From NCBI GenBank assembly GCA_045587125.1, contig JAZNBN010000020.1:1796-65795 (forward strand): a DNA stretch of 64,000 bases. The letters are read 5' to 3'. The position numbers were made by a program, and so were the translations under genes. Source of the DNA: Candidatus Enterousia sp. (GTDB taxonomy: Bacteria; Pseudomonadota; Alphaproteobacteria; Rs-D84). The notes below the pieces were generated by a model. It searched no databases, was not told the DNA's origin, and saw only the letters and a list, made by a program, of their open reading frames with translations. Shown one piece after another: positions 59,045 to 64,000 of the stretch; position 1 is the stretch's first letter; the number at the start of each line of letters is the position of its first letter.

Positions 59045-60772
59045 ATGGCAGAAAAATTTACACTGGCATTGTCAGAACAAGAATTATTAGAACGTACAAA
59101 TCCAGCTGCCTTTACACCATATAAAATGTTGGGGGCGGATGCACCGGAATACATGGCACTGTCTGAAAATGATAAAAAGGCACTGAAACATTTGGTTCGT
59201 GCGTCCGATATCATAGATCGTGTGGCGTTGCGAATGGATCATCATTATAACATTCGATTTGAAAACTTTTTAACCCAAAAAATCAAGTTGGGGGACGAAC
59301 GTGCAAAGATGACTATGGATTTATTTCGTGGACAACGTGGTATATTTGGTCATGAAAGAAATGGTAATACTGTTGCATTGGCGTCTGGTGTACGGGCCTG
59401 TCCAGGGCGCGGGTTTTATCCATATGATTTATCTGTGCCTGAATTTCATGATATTTTAATTGATATGTTGAACAATGGCCAAGATGCCCAGGTCAAAGAT
59501 ATATTAAATCAAAGAACGGTTGTTAAACGTCATGGTGCACAGTTAGTGGCACAAGATTATACAGTCGCATTTCAAGACTATTTTCGTACGGCGGCGGTAT
59601 GTTTAGAGGTTGCTGCACATCATGCAACAGATTTGAACTTTAAAGAGTATTTAAAAATGCAATCTGCGGCATTAACAAATAATGCACCTTTGTTAGATTG
59701 TCGGGCTGATAAAAAATGGGCAACGTTGCAAAGCGGGCCATTGGAATTTACGCTGGGGCGTGAAAGTTATGATGATGCGATGACACCAACTGTGTTAAAT
59801 AATCCAAAATTAAAAGCAATGTTGGACGAACGTGGAATTGTGCCCTATGCAAAAGACAGTTTGGGTGCAACAGTTGGTATTATTGATAAATCCGGAACTG
59901 ATTATCTGTTGGAAATAAAAGATTATTTACCAATACTGGCGGCGCAAATGCCACGTAAATCTGAATATGAACAGAATATAACCCAAGATACCAAACAAAC
60001 AATGGTTGATGTTGATTTGGTCGCGGTCAGTGGACATTATGCCGCATATCGTGGCGGAATATCGTTGGCATTTAATTTGCCGAATGCAGATAAATTAGCG
60101 GTACAAACTGGTGGTGGACACAGAACTGTTTATTTAAAGCAAATGCGTCAGTCTAAATATGCGACGGCCCTGCCTGAAAAATTAAACGCATTGTTGGCAC
60201 CAGCGTTCCATAAATATTTTTCTGTGTCTGCATTGCATGATTTTACGATACTGCATGAAAATATGCATTCGTTGGGGCCGAAAAAAGGTTTGGAATCGTT
60301 GGGCGAATATAAAAATATTATAGAAGAACACAAGGCCGATGCAGGATCGGTTGCGATGCTGGATATATTGGTGCATTGCGGATTCTTTACGCCACAGCAA
60401 AGGGAAGAAATAATAACGTCATGGTTGGTTGCGTATTTGTATCCGGCGGCAAATTTCAAAACCGCACATTCAAAGCGTAATATTATGCAACATAACATGT
60501 TATTTGAAAACGATGCAATTAAATTAGATAACGCGGGTCGTATGGTGATTGATTTTAATCGTGTAACGGAACGTGGTTATAAAATGTTGTCAGATGCGAT
60601 TGATATTCAATTGTCTGGCAATCCAGATATGGCACGCAAGTATATTGAAAAATATGCGGTTTGGTCGCCCCAATTACAGGTGTTGGGCAAAAAATTGTCT
60701 GCGGTTGATAAACAACGTAATTCATATATTGTTGAACCGTTGGCGGATATGTTACGAAATAAAACCAGATAA
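59045..60772 (+). CDS. DPP III-like (M49-type) zinc metallopeptidase family protein
   Basis: HExxH-type motif HENMHSLGP, followed about 25 residues later by EEHKADAGSV (cf. M49 EExR/KAE/D second zinc-ligand motif); 575 aa. Confidence 0.6.
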   Translation: MAEKFTLALSEQELLERTNPAAFTPYKMLGADAPEYMALSENDKKALKHLVRASDIIDRVALRMDHHYNIRFENFLTQKIKLGDERAKMTMDLFRGQRGIFGHERNGNTVALASGVRACPGRGFYPYDLSVPEFHDILIDMLNNGQDAQVKDILNQRTVVKRHGAQLVAQDYTVAFQDYFRTAAVCLEVAAHHATDLNFKEYLKMQSAALTNNAPLLDCRADKKWATLQSGPLEFTLGRESYDDAMTPTVLNNPKLKAMLDERGIVPYAKDSLGATVGIIDKSGTDYLLEIKDYLPILAAQMPRKSEYEQNITQDTKQTMVDVDLVAVSGHYAAYRGGISLAFNLPNADKLAVQTGGGHRTVYLKQMRQSKYATALPEKLNALLAPAFHKYFSVSALHDFTILHENMHSLGPKKGLESLGEYKNIIEEHKADAGSVAMLDILVHCGFFTPQQREEIITSWLVAYLYPAANFKTAHSKRNIMQHNMLFENDAIKLDNAGRMVIDFNRVTERGYKMLSDAIDIQLSGNPDMARKYIEKYAVWSPQLQVLGKKLSAVDKQRNSYIVEPLADMLRNKTR

Positions 60773-60800
60773 AAAATGTCCCAAATGGGACATTTTTTTA
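60771..60800. terminator. bidirectional rho-independent terminator
   Basis: Hairpin ATGTCCCaaaTGGGACAT flanked by A-run and T-run. Confidence 0.6.
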
Positions 60801-62165
60801 TTCAACCAATTTCCAACCCGTAAATGTATAACCTGGTTTAACTGGGTCAGCTGGGATTGCAATACCTTGATCATAAAAACACATGCCTTGGAGACCCATT
60901 TCACCGTTGTCAGGATTCCAATTAATATTTATCTTGTTGTTTTTACAATAGGTTATTTCGCCGTATGCTTCTGCGATTGAACTACTTGATGTCCAGAACG
61001 GAGTAAAACCAACGTCGTCAACAAAATCGAATTCTTCGGCAGACATTGGAGATTTGATCCATATATTATTAAATGGTATAGACTTATAACTGGCTATAAG
61101 CAGTAAAGTCCAATTATTTAACAATTCTGGATTATTCATAATTTTTGCGCTAGATTCTGTACTTACCATATTCAACACAAATTCAATTTGTTCTTGTTCT
61201 GTCAAATCATTTGGTATATTTATACTACCATTAGATATACCGTTTAGTATTTCTGTGTCGGCACTTGGTATCATTAAAGCAACCTGTCTTATCCACAGAT
61301 TATTTCCAGATTCTTCGTGCACAAAATTTTGGTTATAAGATATGCATTGTTTATGTTTGTCACAGTTTGTCATCGGCAAATCTGTACCATCCTGTTCGTT
61401 TTTAATAAGTTCATATAAAAACGCTTTCATGTCCGTTCTAAAAAACAAAACTTGTCCTGGTTTTAAAACTTGGCAAATGGATGAGTGTTCAGTCCATGGA
61501 TAGGAATTTCCTTGTATTCCGCGACCGTCCCAAGAACATGCAAACATTCCGACCAAATCTTCCTCTAAAACATCTGGTGTTTCGGGGTCATCTGGTTTAA
61601 ATATGTCTCTATTGGCGATTTCTTCGGCGGATATAGTTATTTTGGTATAACCGGCTTCGCATTCAAAATCTATGCTACAAAACTGTGGTATAGTATCACA
61701 TGTATTTTGACCATAAAACTGTTTACCATTACTGGTTGTTGTGCCATACGTACAATTTTGCGAATTTTCTGGGCATGCGTTTTGTATGCATGCTAATTCA
61801 CAGCCCATGTAACATTCGGATTCGGCGGTGGCGGCGGTGTCTGATGTATAATCGGCGGGGCATGCGTTTTTACTGTTATTTGCCTCGACTGTGAACACGC
61901 CGCCGGGACAATACGACCCGGTGGGGCATTCGGTGCAGTTCAGTGTCGTTTCATCCAGGTATTGCCCCGCCACGCATTCGTAACTGTTCAGCGACCATGT
62001 CGCAATTGTATTTGCCGTCGCATTATTGTCCGACACGCCCAGGACGTCAACCGTACATGTACCCGCCCCGCCCGTAATTTTTTTGTCTGTGGTGGCCGTA
62101 TCGTCCGCGAATGCGCTGTACACGGTCATAATAAATGCACTGGATAAAAACAAAAACTTTTTCAT
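60798..62165 (-). CDS. secreted cysteine-rich protein with ephrin-receptor-like (GCC2/GCC3-type) Cys repeats and a C-terminal Listeria-Bacteroides-type repeat
   Basis: Signal peptide MKKFLFLSSAFIMTVYSAFA. Repeats YECVAGQYLDETTLNCTECPTGSYCPGG...NACPADYTSD. C-terminal motif PGYTFTGWKL. Confidence 0.6.
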   Translation of the reverse strand: MKKFLFLSSAFIMTVYSAFADDTATTDKKITGGAGTCTVDVLGVSDNNATANTIATWSLNSYECVAGQYLDETTLNCTECPTGSYCPGGVFTVEANNSKNACPADYTSDTAATAESECYMGCELACIQNACPENSQNCTYGTTTSNGKQFYGQNTCDTIPQFCSIDFECEAGYTKITISAEEIANRDIFKPDDPETPDVLEEDLVGMFACSWDGRGIQGNSYPWTEHSSICQVLKPGQVLFFRTDMKAFLYELIKNEQDGTDLPMTNCDKHKQCISYNQNFVHEESGNNLWIRQVALMIPSADTEILNGISNGSINIPNDLTEQEQIEFVLNMVSTESSAKIMNNPELLNNWTLLLIASYKSIPFNNIWIKSPMSAEEFDFVDDVGFTPFWTSSSSIAEAYGEITYCKNNKININWNPDNGEMGLQGMCFYDQGIAIPADPVKPGYTFTGWKLVE

Positions 62166-62486
62166 GTGTGTTCTCCCCTTTCTTTGTAGTAAATATAAAA
62201 ACCGTCACTAAGTTTGACGGTCGGGGAGTTCACAAATCATTTCAACATTGATTCTGATGCTTTCGGGTTGTCCCTGTTGTATAACAATCAGCCCCCCGAC
62301 TGCGTATCAGTCAGGGATAATTAACGATGCAAAAAACATGGGTAAATATTGGACTTACGATGTTTGTATTTTGCACCGGTTGAAATAGGCTTGTGACAGC
62401 CCCGAACCGACATCCCTGTCAGTTCAATGTTTATTCTACTAAAATTTGGGATTTATTACAAGGGGATTTTTATTACTGTATTTTGT

Positions 62487-62516
62487 TGACAAATAAACGT
62501 CTTGTGTAATAATATA
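62487..62516 (+). promoter_or_regulatory. consensus sigma70-type promoter (TTGACA-N17/18-TAATAT) for the radical SAM gene
   Basis: ttgacaaataaacgtcttgtgtaataatat lies about 20 nt upstream of the AAGG ribosome-binding site and the ATG at 62538. Confidence 0.5.
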
Positions 62517-62537
62517 CTATATAAGGTATTAATTATT

Positions 62538-63383
62538 ATGAATCACGGTTGTAATAAAATTAGTTTTGCAATTAAAAACACAAATTGGTGCAATTTGCGT
62601 TGTGCACACTGTTGTGAAAACAGCAGTCCCAATGTTGTGCCAAATATTATGCCACTGAAATACGTTGAAAAATATATTGCTGAATTTAACGCAATGCCAT
62701 TGCCAAAGTGGGAACATATGGTTTTTACCGGTGGTGAAGCGATGGCACCCTATTTCCACAAAAGAATGGAATATATACCACAATGTCTGGATATTGCGTC
62801 ATCGTATGGCATGGTGCCATTTGTAAAAACAAATGGTGTTTGGGGTATGAATGATGAATTGCGTCACCGTATTTTGCGTGACTTTGCCAATGTTGCATAC
62901 AAAAACGACAAGATGATGTCTATGGATATTTCTGTGGATGCGTTTCATAATAATAACAATGCAGTTGTTCGTATTTTAAATGACGTTGTTCGCAGTGATT
63001 ATTTAGCACCGGCTGTACGTATTTCTTTGGTTGGTTTAAATGATACGAAATCTCGTGTGGTGTTTACGCATTTGTTGAACGAATTGCGTGCCAGTGGTTT
63101 GGATGTTGATATTGGTGATGACGGTAATTTAGTGCTGTGGGTGCCGTATGTGCGTGGTGTATCTGTGTGTTATGATTTAGGGGCAAATATCAACAAAATC
63201 GGACGTGCCGCAGAAAATAATTTAGGGCAAATTGTGCCAGATGGTCGTCCCCATATATCAGATGGTCATTGTTTGGAAATAGATAATAATGACGTTGCAA
63301 AATTAAACTATAAATATGCGACACCTGTTGCCGGCCGTCCTATGTTTGATGTTGTAAAAGAATTAATGTCAAAGGTAAGATAA
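62538..63383 (+). CDS. small radical SAM enzyme (about 281 aa), subfamily unassigned
   Basis: CX3CX2C cluster near the N-terminus (NWCNLRCAHCCEN). GGE-type SAM motif (FTGGEAMAPY). Start chosen at MNHGCNK inside ORF 62502..63383, because the upstream ATG lies inside the promoter. Confidence 0.7.
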   Translation: MNHGCNKISFAIKNTNWCNLRCAHCCENSSPNVVPNIMPLKYVEKYIAEFNAMPLPKWEHMVFTGGEAMAPYFHKRMEYIPQCLDIASSYGMVPFVKTNGVWGMNDELRHRILRDFANVAYKNDKMMSMDISVDAFHNNNNAVVRILNDVVRSDYLAPAVRISLVGLNDTKSRVVFTHLLNELRASGLDVDIGDDGNLVLWVPYVRGVSVCYDLGANINKIGRAAENNLGQIVPDGRPHISDGHCLEIDNNDVAKLNYKYATPVAGRPMFDVVKELMSKVR

Positions 63384-63415
63384 TAAAATGCCCCGTTCGG
63401 GGGCATTTTTTATTT
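63384..63415 (+). terminator. rho-independent terminator after the radical SAM gene
   Basis: Hairpin ATGCCCCgttcGGGGGCAT followed by T-run. Confidence 0.65.
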
Positions 63416-63426
63416 AGCCGATATAG

Positions 63427-63700
63427 TCTTGGTCGGGTTTTCTTCCAACGCCACAATCCAAAAATAAAACCGACCACAAGGGTCGGCTATATTTTTGGTG
63501 CGGGCGAAGGGAATGTCTGATTCCCATGTTCGTTTTCACTCCATGGGCCCCTTTCGCTACGTAAGACTCGAACTTCGTATTCACTTGTTCTCGTCAACTG
63601 ACGCCCCGAACCCTCTTGGTCGGGTTCTCTTCCAACGCCACAATCCAAAAATAAAACCGACCACAAGGGTCGGCTATATTTTTGGTGCGGGCGAAGGGAA
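63427..63700. repeat. direct duplication (about 88 bp x2, 190 bp apart) of the tRNA-Gly 3' end (19 nt) together with its terminator hairpin and flank
   Basis: Copy A about 63427..63514 and copy B about 63614..63700 share tcttggtcgggtt[t/c]tcttccaacgccacaatccaaaaataaaaccgaccacaagggtcggctatatttttggtgcgggcgaagggaat. Copy B continues into the intact tRNA-Gly; copy A is followed by unrelated sequence. Confidence 0.8.
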
Positions 63701-63756
63701 TCGAACCCTCGTCTTCAGCTTGGGAAGCTGACGTGCTGCCATTATACCACGCCCGC
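63683..63756 (-). tRNA. tRNA-Gly (anticodon CCC)
   Basis: Reverse complement GCGGGCGTGGTATAATGGCAGCACGTCAGCTTCCCAAGCTGAAGACGAGGGTTCGATTCCCTTCGCCCGCACCA. Anticodon loop TTCCCAA, T-loop TTCGATT, encoded CCA, followed by terminator hairpin CCGACCcttgtgGGTCGG and T-run. Confidence 0.8.
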
Positions 63757-63810
63757 AGATGCGAAAAATATTATATCAAATATCGTGTCATGTCCAGAAA
63801 ATAAAATGGT

Positions 63811-64000
63811 AATTATTCGCACAGTTCAACTGCGTAATATTTGCCAGATATTTTGTTGCCACAGAATAAACGGTAATTACATTTGTTGTTTTCAAAACCT
63901 AATTTCTTTTTTGTGGCGTATGGTATTATATTTACCAGACATTTATCGGATGTGATATACTGTTCAGGTTTTTCAATGGATAAAAAACGGGCTGTTTTGG
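63811..64000 (-). CDS. possible 3' end of a gene running off the window (C-terminal ~60 codons, Cys-containing)
   Basis: Minus-strand frame open from the window edge to TAA near 63811 (...CLVNIIPYATKKKLGFENNKCNYRLFCGNKISGKYYAVELCE*). No start within window. Confidence 0.25.

Noticed and set aside
62166-62537. Possible tmRNA, SRP RNA or 6S RNA in the long GC-rich spacer (GGGGCTGATTG-like string on the minus strand resembles a tmRNA 5' end)
   Set aside because: No tRNA-like T-arm with a CCA end, no tag-peptide reading frame ending in AA-stop, and no SRP domain IV motif (GGAAGCAGC) could be found. Kept only as an unassigned structured region.
63495-63731. 78-aa plus-strand ORF spanning the duplicated repeat and tRNA-Gly
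   Set aside because: Overlaps the tRNA gene and both repeat copies; it is an artefact of the duplication.

Overview
This is an AT-rich chromosomal segment that reads as alphaproteobacterial. It carries GcrA, a ybgC-tolQ-tolR-tolA cluster, lpxA-lpxB, an EnvZ/OmpR-type two-component pair and a bactofilin plus M23 endopeptidase module. I call about 55 protein genes, four tRNAs (Leu-Ala-Leu cluster near 13.1-13.4 kb; Gly near 63.7 kb) and an RNase P RNA (minus strand, about 36.4-36.75 kb). Housekeeping genes make up most of the window: leuS (5'-truncated), bamD, murJ, rlpA, rpiB, tig, rpsI, rplM, ruvB, secA, dnaE, rsmH, gpmI, tadA, rsmD, rplY, dnaK and pfk. Intergenic regions are short and many end in a stereotyped bidirectional terminator hairpin (AAAAAATCCCC...GGGGATTTTTT). 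Interspersed among the core genes is a large set of lineage-specific, signal-peptide-bearing, cysteine-rich proteins with no recognisable enzymatic domain. Two are clear ~810-aa paralogues (10529..12973 minus; 44653..47091 plus) sharing CMDQFC...YRRC and other blocks; the second is followed by a further Cys-rich secreted protein. A minus-strand operon (19869 down to 15092) starts with a CpaA-like prepilin peptidase and encodes four secreted proteins with Thr/Pro-rich tandem repeats and glycine-zipper-like segments. It sits beside the tRNA cluster and a protein made of five tandem excisionase-like HTH repeats. One Cys-rich protein carries ephrin-receptor-like repeats fused to a Listeria-Bacteroides-type repeat. 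I regard this secreted cysteine-rich repertoire as the most likely undescribed system, probably host-interaction related. Other notable items are a pair of ACP-like proteins with the phosphopantetheinyl serine replaced; an orphan small radical SAM enzyme next to a tRNA-Gly locus with a duplicated tRNA 3' end and terminator; a duplicated hairpin-plus-palindrome element between rpsI and tig; and GcrA with a long histone-H1-like insertion. No integrase, transposase, CRISPR array or reverse transcriptase was seen. Non-ORF coordinates were read by eye and may be off by 1-2 nt.
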